DNA of 64,000 bases from Octopus sinensis. Its lineage: Eukaryota. The stretch's first letter is position 1. Each line of letters begins with the position of its first letter. Of this stretch, positions 30,980 through 45,134 are shown in pieces. The stretch spans positions 61,318,001 to 61,382,000 of the forward strand of contig NC_043004.1 of NCBI RefSeq assembly GCF_006345805.1. Direction: 5' to 3'. The notes under the pieces are model-generated. The model was given only the letters and a program-made list of their open reading frames with translations, made no database searches and had not been told where the DNA came from. The position numbers were made by a program, and so were the translations under genes.

Positions 30980-31444
30980 TATACGTGTGGGTGTGTGTTA
31001 AGAAAAGAGTGTAGAAAGGATTGGGATAAAAAAACTATTTGTATTACCGGTTTCGTCACTTTCATGGATTCAACATGAATTTCTCATAGAAAATTCATTT
31101 GCTTTATATATATGTGAGTTTTGAACTAACTCGGATACGTATAGTAGGTATGAATTTTCACCAACAAATCATTCATGTGAATCCCTAGAATGGACAAAAG
31201 CGCTAGATAGTCGAATTTTTTTTTAAACCGAAGCCGTAACTATAATACTATCTTTTCCAATATATGTAGAATCTGTACATCACTCGAAACCTGTACATAC
31301 ATGCATATATACGGGTGTACATGTATACATACACGCATACATATATACAAGCACACACAAATACACAAACACATACACATGCAAATGTATACATATGCTC
31401 ACCCACACATTTATATATACACTTTTGTATGTACATATTTATAC

Positions 31445-31499
<55 letters not shown>

Positions 31500-32423
31500 G
31501 CAAAAATTTAGATTCAAATGAATATGGTACTTAATTTAGATTCACCAGAATTCTGTATGGTGTTATCCATATAAATCCGTAGGGTGATTATAATAAAAAT
31601 AAGCAACAAGAATGACTTCGGTAATTTGATACGATCATTTCGTACTACATCATTTTATTAAATGTTGTAAGTATTACAAAAGTTTTAAAATGCTGAGCAC
31701 TCATCAGCCAATTATAGAGGTTTTCCATTAATACAAACATTTTCATATCAAGTGGCAACATTATAGAGAAGGTAGATACATAGACAAAGATGTGGATTTA
31801 AATTTTAAGAACATTTGAGGTAGTGGAGCCCATCAACTGACTGACTAAGATTCGGTTGTTCCAGACTACTGTAAGTTTCTAAGAGGGACGAACAAATGAA
31901 AAAAGACAATAAAGATTTTCTAATTATAGAAATTGGGTAAAGGGGATGTCATAGCTCCATATAAGGAATTTATGTAGAAGACAACTGTTAAATTAAAAAC
32001 GTAGATACTTTTCTAGAGGTCACGTGTGTTCTCCATTCTGGCTTTTATAGCTTATATCATAAGCACAATGAGTACTCACAAATCATCCCCATTTGTTCAA
32101 TGACGAATAGTGTTTCTGCCCAAACCTTAGTTTGAACCGGTTGGGTTGATAAAATTAATATCACAATACTGCATCTATTTGTAACACGGGGACGATAGTA
32201 ACGATCATGTTCTAGGGCGCAGACTAGTAACCATCCTCATATTACAAGAAGCAGCCTCTGTTATATTGTAGAAGCTAGTTGTGATTTAAGAACACACTCT
32301 ATTGATAGAACAATTATTAAATTGAATATACGTAGTAACAGTGGCCGCTTCATGAATACTAACAATAGGCATAACAATATTACATATCACAGTAGTTTAT
32401 AGAATCATGATAGCAACATTATA

Positions 32424-32648
32424 TTGGGTTGTCCGGAAAGTTCGTGCCGATTTATAGTAGCTTACATTTCGACTTATTTTAGAAAGTGGTTGAGTGCATA
32501 AAATAGGATTTGACTGCACCTCCATTTAGAGCACAGCTTAAGCTATCTTTTCGTGGAAGAAGGTTTATGTTACTATAACCTGTGTTAATTCTGTAACTCT
32601 TTAAAATGGAAGATAAGAAAGTTCATTTTTGGCACTTGATGCTTTGAG
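32424..32648 (+). mobile_element. Mariner 5' end fragment
   Basis: TA|TTGGGTTGTCCGGAAAGTTCGTGCCGATTT TIR followed by ATG MEDKKVHFWHLML (mariner N-terminus); truncated at a CA-rich tract. Confidence 0.75.
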
Positions 32649-33115
32649 AACACACACGCACACACACACATACACGCACGCGCATACATTCATATACAAA
32701 TATATACACACACTTATGCACACACACACATACAGTGGCACATATGCACACACGCACATACACATACTCAGGCTTTCCAACTCCCATTTAAAAGGAATAG
32801 GTTAACCCACTTCTCCCACAGAAGTCATTTAGCTAAGCTACCGACATTGGAGGCGAGTGATTGCGATGTAAAATTTTCAAACATCCAGCCATCTTATGCT
32901 TATTGTTAACAATTTCTTGAATACACGTATGAGTAAAAATGGACAAAGCCAGACGCTTGGTCGAGCATAAGGTTCCTTTATGGTTCAGTTACATTAAAGT
33001 ATGCAACGACTGAAAGATCTGAAGGATGACACAGAAATATTGACATTTGAATGATAACAACAACAGCGACGACGACGAAAACAACAACAACAACAACAAC
33101 AACAATAATAATATC

Positions 33116-33157
<42 letters not shown>

Positions 33158-33161
33158 TATA

Positions 33162-33805
33162 AATGCCCTGATGCAGTATAAATGCCCTGATGGCGTACCA
33201 ATGCCCTGATGCAGTACCAATGTCCTGATGCAGTATAAATGCTCTGAAGCAGTACCAGGTAGTGCCTCTCATGGCTTCTGATCTTAACTGATTGGAATTG
33301 GGATCATGTACATTGTTTTGTCTTGGTATAAAAGAGGCTACAGTAAATATTCTTCTCTATACCAGAGATTTGCTTGTCAGTTCTTTGACCTTAACCAGTT
33401 GAGCATGTCCCTTAGTGGCTGACGATATGTGGCTTATGATATGTGCATCTCTGATCACGAGCAGAAGTAGTGGGGGAGCATCATAGTCATGTGTTGAGAG
33501 AGATTCTTTGGGATTTGAATAATTCACCTCTGGAAACATGGGTGCTTCTTCCAACCTCCTTAAACAACCCTTATTCTGGGACCGTTTGAGCGGGATGGGC
33601 TACTCAACCTGAAGAAAATTCTAACTGGGCCCCACCTGCAAAGTCATGTGCTGTTTATCTTGATATGAGATCACCATGTCGCGCACAATGTTTGTGATGC
33701 ATGTGCCTGGTGTACCCTTATCAGATGGGTAGTCATGATGGGTATATTGGGCTTCGTATATTTTACCCCAGTGTCACTTTGATGGCATGAACTGCTCTCT
33801 CACTC
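33162..33805 (+). mobile_element. Element B, full copy with 5 tandem 19-mers at its start
   Basis: (AAT)n|GCCCTGATGCAGTA...CTCTCTCACTC|(AAT)n. Confidence 0.85.
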
Positions 33806-33811
33806 AATAAT

Positions 33812-33895
<84 letters not shown>

Positions 33896-33896
<1 letters not shown>

Positions 33897-34315
33897 CCCT
33901 GATGCAGTATCAGACAGTGGCTCTCATGACTTCTGATCTTAACTGATTGAAAGTGTTATCATGTACGTTGTTATGTCTTGGTATAAAAGGGGCTACAGTA
34001 AATATTCTGCTCTATACCAGAGATTTGCTTGTCAGTTGTTTGACCTTAGTGGCTGACGATATGTGCATCTCTGGTCATGAGCAGAAGTAGTGGGAGAGCT
34101 GTGTGTTGAAAGGAATTCTTAGAGATTTGGATAATTCACTGTTGGTGACATGGGTAGTTTGTTCAACATCCGTAAACAATCCTTATTCATGGACCTTTTG
34201 AACAGGAACGGTTACTCGACCAGAAGAAAATTCTAACTGGGCCCCACCTGCAAGGTCATGCGCCTTTTATCTTGATATGAGAACATCATGTCGCGCACAT
34301 ATGGTTGTGATGCAT
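33896..34315 (+). mobile_element. Element B, deleted/truncated copy, tandem to the previous one
   Basis: Same start after (AAT)n; internal deletions; ends at GGTTGTGATGCAT. Confidence 0.82.
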
Positions 34316-34327
34316 AATAACAACAAT

Positions 34328-35003
34328 AACATGTAAAGAAAAGAAATGCAAGTGACTGCAGAATATGTGGGGATGGAGAATAAACCATAAATTATATTAT
34401 TTCTGTCTAAAAAGGAATATATCCACAGTCACGACAGTATTTTGATCGATGTACACTGAAAGCTAAATCAACACTATGGAATAACAACAGAAAAAATCTT
34501 ATACACACACGCCAGAAAAAGGTCACAGAAAATGAAAAAAAACAACCATACTCTGGGATGTGCCAATACACACAAATAGAGAAAGTAAGGCCATTAACCT
34601 GGATATAGTTGTCAGAGGTCATCAAGAAAAAGGAAGGAAAATATGCTTTCTAATCGATGTATCAATACCAACGGATGACAATGTTTCTCTAAAAGAAACG
34701 GAGAAACTTTTAAAATACAAAAATCTGGAAATAGAGACAACTGGTATGTGGAGCTTATAAACAAACAATTCCTATCATAGTAGGCGCATTAGGTATGATA
34801 AATATACATAAAAATATACCCTGGGACTAACAAGTATGTATAACATACAGAAAATAGCACTACTAGGACCAAACACATCCGACATAAAATAGTTTGGAAA
34901 CAGTAAAAATAAAAGCATCACAACAAACCACAGCACATACCCAAGGAACACAGAGCTGTGTTCGGCAGTGAAGTGAAAGCACATGATAAAAATAAAACTA
35001 CAG
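34328..35003 (+). mobile_element. 5'-truncated, degenerate Dong 3' fragment
   Basis: Homologous to 12774-13468 (CRICG, LDIVV..LIDVSIP, same 3' UTR ...GTGAAGTGAAAGCAC..AAAACTACAG|AATAAT). Confidence 0.9.
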
Positions 35004-38000
35004 AATAATAATAACAATAATAATAGCAGCAACAACAACAGCATAAACAACAACAGCAATAATGATAATAATATATACACTAGAAATATGTTTGAGAAAT
35101 GCAAGAGCTATGTTAGACAAAGTGTATATGGTACTGCCAATAAATGAAAAGAAAAACATCAAATATTGTATAACATTAGATAATTATCATGAACCTATAT
35201 TTCGAAAGAAAGTCTTCGTTTTCGAAAAGAAAACTGAATAATGTTTACCGGAAAGACATTTTTATGGTGATGTGACAGAAATGATCTGTGAAGTATATAT
35301 TTACATTGGTGATTGCTTAATCATGCAGTATCAATGTGTAGCGGGATGTGATAATAGCAGCGAAAGCAGATGTCGTGGCATCATAAGTACTATTTTGTGA
35401 ATGTGTGTTGGGAATTACACTGGACAGAAGATACAATTTCAGGCTATTCAGTAGCAAAGCGTTTTGGCAAATCTTTTATTTAAACACTTGTAGCTTGTAT
35501 TATGTGGTTAAGATACAGAAAAATTTCTTTGTAGTGATCCAGTGAATTTTAGTGCGCAATGAGTTTCAAACGTGAGAATGTGATAGGTAAGCGGAGTGAG
35601 GTAGTGAGAAAACTAGTTCACATTCTGCAGTTTGGTTATCTTTTTAATCATATTGCTTAGTTAGCGAAATCCTTTTGTTTCTCAAATTACCAGGAGCTAA
35701 AATAGCTACTCTTGCATCCAGTAGCAGTATTTGTTGAGTTGTTGCTTAATTAAGCATTTATGTGTATGTAGATGTCCCTTAATCTGTCAAGTTTCTGGAT
35801 TGCACAGTTGTTATAGCGATCAACTAACTCCTCGCATTTATCCTGATGCATTACATATATACACTGATGTATATTCGTGTCACACATCGGGCAGTTTGTT
35901 AGCAAACAGGTTAGTGTCCAAGAGATATTACGTGGCCAGGCCAAACCTTAACGTGATTCCAGAATGAGCCGCATATATGATTGACTCCTCTCTGAAAATG
36001 GTTTTCGAATGGCGGTTGTAGTAGTCTAGCTATATTGTGATGTTACGGGAAACAGATATTTTAGAGGGGTGTTTTACTACACGGATCTTGTTGGGGATGA
36101 GTGATAAGGTTTATCCATTAAATTTCAACTTTTTGAAGAAATTCGCAATGTAAACGATAGCTTCACTACATTGGTTACGAATGCGAACAATTCATTTTAG
36201 ATGTAGCTGTTTGCTAGGTTGGGGGAGGGCTGATTGAAAGTGTAGGCATATAGCGTGTCAGAATCGTGTGGTAATGTCCTCTTCTGAAATTCCTAGTACA
36301 TAGTCGTGTAGTGGGAGATGTATTGAATAGTATATATGTGAAATACTATGTGTCTGTATCACTCCGACAATGATGTATTATTGGAAAATTTTCGTGCCGA
36401 TTTAATCAACAAGCTTTTCATCTCCACAATAACTTTGCAGCAAAGTTAGAACGTGTTACCTTTCATTGATTCAAGAGAACAGTATCCATTGTGTGGTATT
36501 CAATTATTAGAAAATCAAAATCGTAGAGGTTTTAATTGCCAATATCCTTCGTCTTCATACTGTCATTTAAACGCTTTCTATGTCCAGTTATTTTGCAATC
36601 TAAATGAAAGTAAAATAGCAGAGAAGGTTTGCCTGAGATCGTGCAATTGAAACAGTTGCAAATTATAGTTGATTGCTGATCTTTAAATCAGGGTAGATTT
36701 GAATCAGTAGGGCATTGATTAAAAACATTACAGCAGTTGACAACCAGTTATTATTTTGTACACTACTCAATCTACCCTCCTTTACCATAGGACGTGATAT
36801 AATAGAAATTTGTCTGCTCACAGGATGTCTCTTCAAGTCGTTCGTCATCTTCAGAGAATCTACATTTAAATATCGTCATTGTGATAAATCTCGCGAGAGT
36901 GTAAAAAATTGCATTAATTGAATATAGTTCGGCATCTTATATAAATTTTAATGCATTATCTTATCCAAATTACTGAATAAAAAATCGTGCAATGAACACA
37001 TTGTAAGATGTCATCTTATCTAATGTTTCACATTGTAAAAGACAATGGAAAATTTATGCACTTCTTAATCTATTTATTTCCATTTATAATCATTGCACCA
37101 ATCTGTAGTCACCGATAAAATACATCTCTAAGATACACCAGCAGAAACGGTGTATTGCTGTCTATTAGAGATCAAACTGCTTAATGTGTTCTTCCTTCTT
37201 GTTGGTAGCTAGGGCGAAATTTGTGGATGATATATCTTGTGTTACGAACTGATATGACGACTGCACAGGGATTTTCTTGTTAGTCTCAATGCCTGTTTTG
37301 CAAATTCCATGCTGTATTTATTCCTTCGTTTTACTTTATGTATTTCACTCACACCCAAGTCAGATTTACATTTCATCTCTTCCATAAAATTCCTAGCAGT
37401 GAACTACTGGTTTCAGTATTATTATCTAACATCTTCTAATCAAAACTGCCAGTCTGCTGTCTAAATGATGGGCTTTTTGCAACAATTCGTTGCTTGACAC
37501 TGGAAAACATGAGCAGGGCTAGTTTACCTCCACAGCCACGAATATGGCTTACATGTTTTAGAATGCTCGCTTCTGATTAACAGATCATATTACATAATCG
37601 TTGGTACAAGTTTTGGCTAAGTATTGTGTGGGCTAAGAAATGAAAAGGTAACATCAATTAAACTGCTAGATAACTATTTTTTTGTGCTCTGTAACAAACC
37701 GAAAGAAAACATTTCTGTTTTGCAAAAGGGGCGTTTCACCTTTAATCGAATAAATTTGCACTTGCTAATCGTTGCAAAAGCACATCCATAACAACGATAT
37801 AACACCTTTGATTATTTCTTTAAAGTATCCAAAATGGTATAATTATTATAATCTTCTTGTTCATTAATTATTGCCTCTCTGAATGCTGACCGTATGAAAA
37901 TTGAACTTGACATACAACTGTCGGAAGCGAGTAGTGAATGATATAATCATTGATATTTTGTGACGCTAATTGCCTATTGGTTCAATAAACGAATACGTTT

Positions 38001-38479
38001 CATAATATTTCATCCTCTAAGAACCTAAAATGTAATAAAAGAAAATTCCCAAAGAATCATTATCATGCTCGCCTTTATATTTCTAATCTGGTCATCATAC
38101 TTTATCCAAATTACCTGCAGCTTTAGGTCTGGCGATCAACAATATAACATTTAGGTTTCTTGCGAATTTTACTGGAAAATCTGCAAACACACATCTGAAA
38201 GGAAAGCTAAAACAATCATGCATCTCGTTAAATACGTGCTTCGTGGATATATAAGTTATGAAATTGTGTTAGAAATGCCTGTTTGTGGAGGATGAAAAGT
38301 GCTGCATTTGGATATTTCTTATATATAATTTGGCAACATTTCTCCTAGAAATAGTTTCACATTTCGCTTTAGAGTCTCAACAATCATAGCCTTTTGCAGA
38401 TCAGGGTCTACTACTGATTAAATAATAATTATCGCACCAACCAATTTGGATCTTGAACTCCAAGTATGAAAATGCAGTA

Positions 38480-38910
38480 ATTCCGCAACCACTTTGAGGA
38501 ATGACAACTCTTTTTTAATCCCCAGCTGTCGCGACCAACGTCTTGCCAAGATTAGGGTACTGAATGTGCCACCAGAAATACCCATTACCTGGTTAGTAGC
38601 GACCGTCTTCGCAGGTTTAGAAGACAAAGAAGTCACAATACTGGGGGTCAAAAAACTACCTAAGCAAAACCGGTTAATTATAGGTATGGATCTGACCTTG
38701 CAATGCAAGCACGACCGTAGCAACCAGCTGCCCGATGTAATCAATCTCCTGGATGGTACTCACCTCTCAGTATTCGTGAACTCCCGTTCGTCTCAAAAAC
38801 CAAGGTGAGTATCCTAATTTTCAGAGCTGAGGCACGTCCGCTAAAACACGAAGGAACTAAAGCCGTCCTATGAGCACGAGCGGTAGAGACGCGACGTTAA
38901 AACAAACAAC
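38480..38910 (+). mobile_element. Tx1/L1-like ORF1 fragment, possibly joined to a 3' end
   Basis: KIRVLNVPPEIPITWLVATV...LPDVINLLDGTHLSVFV resembles the ORF1 remnant at 8050-8750; ends GCGACGTTAAAACAAACAAC. Confidence 0.6.
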
Positions 38911-40663
38911 GATCAACGGATCGGGGGCAGCCACGTGCTACTCGGTTCTGAGAACTTGTGTGCGGCTTCCCAGCAACACTTAGCACTGCTATTTGAGGAG
39001 GGTTATGTGTCAACGACGGTAGCGAATTTACTTCGTGCCTAGACGGTCTACCACGGCTCTCGTTGACGGGTGCAAGATGCTGCGAAAATCCGATTACAGC
39101 CTCCGAAATACGAAAGGCGAATAATCTGACTCTCAAGTGCATTTATGTCCCGTTTTAACTCAAAATCCATCTCAAATAGCTGGTATCTTTGCCAGAAGCA
39201 GTCGGCTATACGTGACTATGCTAAGTAGTGTCAATCAGTTCATGACGTTTCAACACAGCCAGATAAAAAAAAAAAATTAGACTTCATTCCAATATGCAAT
39301 ATCACTGTACATGAGACAGTAATATAATTGTTGACTTGTGCCTGTTTATTCGGGCTTATTGAAGTACGTAACTTTTGATTAAGTTTATTTTCACATGCCA
39401 TTTCAAGATGAGGCCATTTATTTTAAGAGATTCAGATCAATTCCTTCTATCATAATCTTCATCAATAATACATATTCTCTTTTTTTCTCGACTGTTTTTT
39501 AAAATTATCATGTATATGTCTTTTCAGACTAGTTTCTTCATATATATTTCCGATGAAGGTTTGTGAACTGTTTGAATATTATGTTATATAGTTTATTTAT
39601 TTAGTTATTTATTTAAAAATTTGTTTTCCATATTCGCGTCTAGTCTGCTTCAGCCAATCATCTAATATAAATAAAACCATCTCACTTTTCATTACCATGG
39701 AGATGAATTCCATTGTTAACTATGACATTCTTTTGTTATCTGAATATCGTTGTATTCGATTGCCTTCTCCTGTGATTGCATCTTGCTGGCTACATCTCGG
39801 CCGAATTAAAGGAATTACTGGGAAATAGTTCTGGGTTTTTCTTGCACAATATAATACACTTATCAAAATATTTCATTGTTTGAAATTACATAAAAGAGTA
39901 TAAACAATATGTCAAAATTTAAGTTTAAACAGAAATATATTAAATTCTATGCCTGTCGTATATTCAACTGATCATAACATTCTTTTGTATATGTTGGATT
40001 GTCTTTCTGGGTTGCATCTTTGCTTTTCTTAAGAGAATAAAATATTCTTGAGTATGGTTCGGCTACTGCACTTATTAGGTAGACCTATCGCAATCTTTCC
40101 CATTTGATGGTCAAAGAAAAACGAACACTTTAAGACAAATTCTCAGACAAAGATAGGCCACTACACAATATCAATTTGCAGTTGATATCGTTTTATTTCA
40201 TACAGATTCTGGGATTTAACTGGTCGTCGGCATACTACACATCCCTCACAGGTCCGAGGTCGACAACCATCGAGTTATATTCTCGGTGCGCCATACAATC
40301 GAACGAACTTGGAATTAACTTTTAGCAAAGGGAACATCTTGACCACAAAGTCATGTTTGAATAATGATAATGCAAAGTGGATTCTGAATGAATGAAAAAA
40401 AAAATTACAAGGTTTGATTTTGCAGCCAAACTAATGACGGTTATGTAAGAAACTGAGCGGTAGCGTTAAAGCGAATGGCAAACAAAAAGTACTACTCAAA
40501 AATTAAGAGAGACAGAACAAATGCAGCTTATTATGTTCAACATATTTCTCATTACTTCAGTTTTATTTATTCTAGCAATGAAAATTCTTACTTTTATTTA
40601 ATTTTTCTTCGTGCAGCTTATACAAAAATAAACATAATCATGCATTAGAATTGTAACAAAAGA

Positions 40664-41250
40664 AGGCGGTGAGCTGTCAGGATCTTAGCGTTATTTCGTC
40701 TGCCGTTACGTTCTGAGTTCAAATTCCGCCAAGGTCGATTTTGCTTTTAATCCTTTCGGGGTCGATAAATTAAGTATCAGTTACGCACTGGGGTCGATAT
40801 AATCGACTTAATCCGTTTGTCTGTCCTTGCTTGTCCTCTCTTTGTTTAGCCCCTTGTGGGTAATAAAGAAATAGGCATTTCGTCTGCCGCTACGTTCTGA
40901 GTTCAAAATCTGCCTAGGTCGACTTTGCCTTTCATCCTTTCGGGGTCGATTAAATAAGTACCAGTTACGCACTGGGGTCGATGTAATCGACTTAATCCGT
41001 TTGTCTGTCTTTGTTTGTCCTCCCTGTGTTTAGCCCCTTGTGGGCAATAAAGAAATATAAATAGGTATTTCGTCTGTCGTTACCTTCTGATTTCAAATTC
41101 CGCCGACGTCGACTTTGCCTTTCATCATTTCAGGGTCGATAAATTAAATACCATTTACGCACTGGGGTCGATGTAATTGACTTAATCCCTTTGTCTGTCC
41201 TTGTTTGTCCCCTCTATGTTTAGCCCCTTGTGGGCAATAAAGAAATAAGA
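40664..41250 (+). mobile_element. SINE A head followed by three tandem ~185-190-bp body units
   Basis: Units start ATTTCGTCTG at ~40691, 40877 and 41068; each ends GCCCCTTGTGGG(T/C)AATAAAGAAAT. Confidence 0.88.
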
Positions 41251-43300
41251 ATTGTAATAAACTGTTGTGTTCTTCATAACATATAAAAACACTGTTTGTG
41301 GTCATTTTTGACCGAGACAAGTAAATCACATAGCTCCCAGTTTACAGCGTATTGTCAAATTGTCGCGTAATTCATTAGGTTCTATAATTTTAGTATAATT
41401 GCATAATTCTATTCGTTACGAATGAAATAAAGCAAGAACAGTTAAGAAACAATAACAAAAATCTGGGAAAGTATATATTTGCAGTAAACCCCCAGACTTA
41501 TTCCACATACTGCTTCTATTTCTGGTGGCATTATGTTATTCCCGTTATATATCATATGGGAGACATCAGTGAAACAATCTGGGGAAAGCTGAGTGTCGAT
41601 AGGCAAACTTACAATGTTATATACTTATCCTACTGTAACACAGATGAATCTAACTTACTCTTCGAAAGATTATGATCACTAGTTTCAGCAAATTGGGATC
41701 AATTCCATTGATTTTCGGTGTGAGGAAGGGTGTAATACATTTTGTCGGAAATGTAACTAACAATGGGTTTTTAAATAATAAAAAAATTTTTTTTTAATTT
41801 TTTTAATTACCATATATAGTATCGACTTCTATAATAGGCCTACGTAGTAATTTATGTAGATGAAAGTGGACGCTCAAACACTGGCCGAAAATTTCCGGCT
41901 CAGTACAGTTGCGCAGCAACCAGAGCGGATATTTCCTACTCTAGACCCGAATCAGAAAAAGTTATGATAAAATTAGTAACTGACTGAAATTTGCAATCTG
42001 TTTTATTGATTTCCAGTTTACGGCTGTTATTTCAACTTACCGACAACAGGAGGACGATGTAAATCTGGATCATCGACATTAAACCGCTTATTAGAATTAA
42101 GGAAAGATCTTAGGATCTGCTTTCGCGTCACGTTGGTCTGTTATTGCAGTACTTTGGGGTTAAGTCCATATCATACTCGGAGAAAAAGAACACAACTGGA
42201 ATGTTCAAGGCTGGAACACCTTCCATCATATATCTTCTCAATCAAGGTTAACTTGGGGCTAAATGATAGCAAGACAAGATATGTTACGTAATTTACCCCT
42301 AGCTACACTTTCAAAATCAAAGTGGTCAGGCTAGAACACTATTGATTATAGGTTGCTTGAACCGATTTGACCTAGGTTTGAACAATAATGATAAGATAAA
42401 CAACAGGTGTTTTATTCCTAATTGTGACATCCTATAACCCACGCCTATAGATTTTAATTAACAGCTTATTAAATAGAAGGAATTCGCAAGGATCACTTGC
42501 ATTGTATTCATTACAAGAATGTGAAATCGTTGATATGCTTTGAAGTGTTTTCCATATTCATAATGTTACTTACCTACTCCCGTTACCTTGCAATTAAGGT
42601 GCTTCACTGTCGCGTGGACCCAGTTTCAATCACATTGTACAGCTTGTTGTACAAGTGCTTTATACCATTTCTTGAGTTAATTAACGTTTACATCGTTGGT
42701 CTTATATTGGTGAAAGGAGTAAACGTGAATGACCGGTAACCTTTGATCGAATGGTACTGAATTGCAAACGCTCATTTGAAATTCTCATCCCCAGAGCTAC
42801 TCTAAACCCTTGAATGGACCGTTTAAAGTCTTTTCCGAACTATACTTTCCAAACTGTACTTTGAAAGTAAATCTGCGAAGTTTATGGACTGTGCAGGTCT
42901 CTCATATGTACTGCTACAAGTTCTTGAGTTGTTGATTTAATCTGTCTATCCGTTTCAAAACTGTTGTCTAAATTGCTATTTTGTTGTCCTAAGTAGATTC
43001 CATATCGTTTCGAGCATTTGGACTAAGTTTTGAGTCAAAGTATACTAAAATATTCCACATTTTAATCTCCCGGTTTCGTAGTCTCTCTAAAAAATCTAGA
43101 TGGCGAATCTCTCATTTTGAATCCTTTTAGTTTGAAAATATTTTATTGCGATGAAAATCTTTGATTTGTTGCACAGTTTGCATACTGTTTGCAAATGAGA
43201 TCACAGCCATCCGTGATCGATGTTTCCTTGATCAATAAAATTAAGTGTCAGAGAGGTTCAGGGGTTGGTATAATCCACAAACGGTCTTTGTACCTAAACT

Positions 43301-43514
43301 GATTTCAAAATTTTTGCACAAGGCCAGCAATTACGGGGTGGGGGGTAAGCTGATTACAACTTTCCCAGTGTTTAACTGGTACTTAATTTATTGACTTCCA
43401 AAGGATGAAAGGCAAAGTCAAGGACGGTGGAATTTGAACTCAGAACGTATGGATGAACAAAATGCCACTAAGTATATTGCCCTGCACGGTAACGATTCTA
43501 CTAGCTCACAACCT
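43301..43514 (-). mobile_element. SINE A, older copy
   Basis: Contains GGATGAAAGGCAAAGTC..GGAATTTGAACTCAGAACG and a degenerate head. Confidence 0.78.
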
Positions 43515-45095
43515 CCACTTTCTGCCTAAGTTCGAGGCTATTATTTAAAATTGATGTGATTTTATGTGTTATGTTAATCGATCGCTACATCTAAATGATT
43601 AAAAATATCGAAACTGATCCATTTTAATTCTTCTCACATTAATTATACTATCTTATCAAGGATAAAAATAATTATTCAGAATTGCTCTCACATTAATGTT
43701 TAATTTATATTGTCACATAGCTTTTAGTAGTTGTTAACTCATTTTACAATGCATATTCATATTAATTTAAAATGCAGCTTATTGTAGCAGAATTTGATAT
43801 TTTGAAACATGATTTGTCAGCAAAATCTAGAATCTTCTACATAATAACATGATTATTCTATCATTAAGATGCAGGATTTGCTTTTAAAATCTTGTTTAAC
43901 CTTAAGTTGTTACCTGATCGAGGTGATCAATGATGGAAGACAGACCAGCTTTGACCATCACATTTTGTTGTGATAAAGAAAGTAGGCTTCAGGAAGTATT
44001 GTTAATTCCATGCTTTAATTTTTGAAATTGCAAGTTGCGATTCTGAGCAGATTTAACTGTTACTTCTAACAGATCGATTAGCTATACTTAGGTTCTTTGG
44101 TTTTGCCTGTAGCACATGCAAGAAAGATTGTTATATTTATTGTGAATGCGTAACTTTGGTAGTCATAACGTTATCGAAATAAATTTATTTAGCTGAACAT
44201 TGGTTAGCAGTTATTCTTCCCCCGAGAAATTAATTTTCGTGTGGAAATTATTAAAGCCAGTAGAGAATACAATGTAATGTTTGTACGGCACATTTGAAAT
44301 GCAGAAATAAGCTAAAGAAATATGAAAATGTTTATTCTTCAAAAGACACTACACTGCAAAAGATCTCTGACAGATGAAATATATTTAGTAATGATAATGC
44401 AATTAATTCGGATGCACTACGCATGCAGATTGTCATCTAGTCTCAGTTGGCAAGCGCATATCCATTCTTTCTTCGTGATTAATAAAATAATGCTTCAGAT
44501 AGAGAGACTAGATATTTATTTGTTGCAGTCTTCAGGGGTCAATGAAATGAAGATGAAGTACCATTGATATATCAGCTCACTTTAACCTGCGATATCCATT
44601 CATCCAATTTATATACTTACATGACTGTCAGAAATCAATATTTATTAACGCTAGGGCGGTGGGACGGTACATTCACCAGCGTGTTAGAAAAAATGGTTAA
44701 CAGCCTGCCGTTATTTTCTGAGTTCACATAATACCGCGGGCGTTACTACATTTTATCCATTCGGGTTAATAAAATAAATAGCATTTAAGAAGAATAATTC
44801 ATATGATAGGCTCCTTATTTCTCTTAAAATTACTGGCTCTGTGACAAAATATATAACTAATATTTCTTGAGTTAAGTTTTATTATGAACTTTATGATACT
44901 ATATGTTAATTGTTTAGTATAGATGTCTTTCGTGTCAAATGTTCTAAACATCTGACAAGTAATATTCGCATACAGTCTTACTGCCCGGAAACCTCAGCGA
45001 GTGTCATCTAGTATAGCTTCGTATGTTAGATGAAAACCGTGGGGAAGACTGTCTCATGATACACACACACACATATATATATATATTATATATAT

Positions 45096-45133
<38 letters not shown>

Positions 45134-45134
45134 G

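Noticed and set aside
33162-33256. CRISPR-like short repeat array
   Set aside because: The units are contiguous with no unique spacers, the context is eukaryotic, and there are no cas genes.
35900-36920. Possible Penelope GIY-YIG or Helitron coding remnants
   Set aside because: Similarities were only a few residues long and could not be extended, so the family could not be supported.
39520-39560. GAAACTAGTC (minus strand) resembling hammerhead stem III and cleavage site
   Set aside because: No CUGANGA core at the required position upstream.
42497-43200. Possible hAT transposase remnant on the minus strand
   Set aside because: Only a vague FRVAL...SNERL resemblance, with no ordered motifs or termini.
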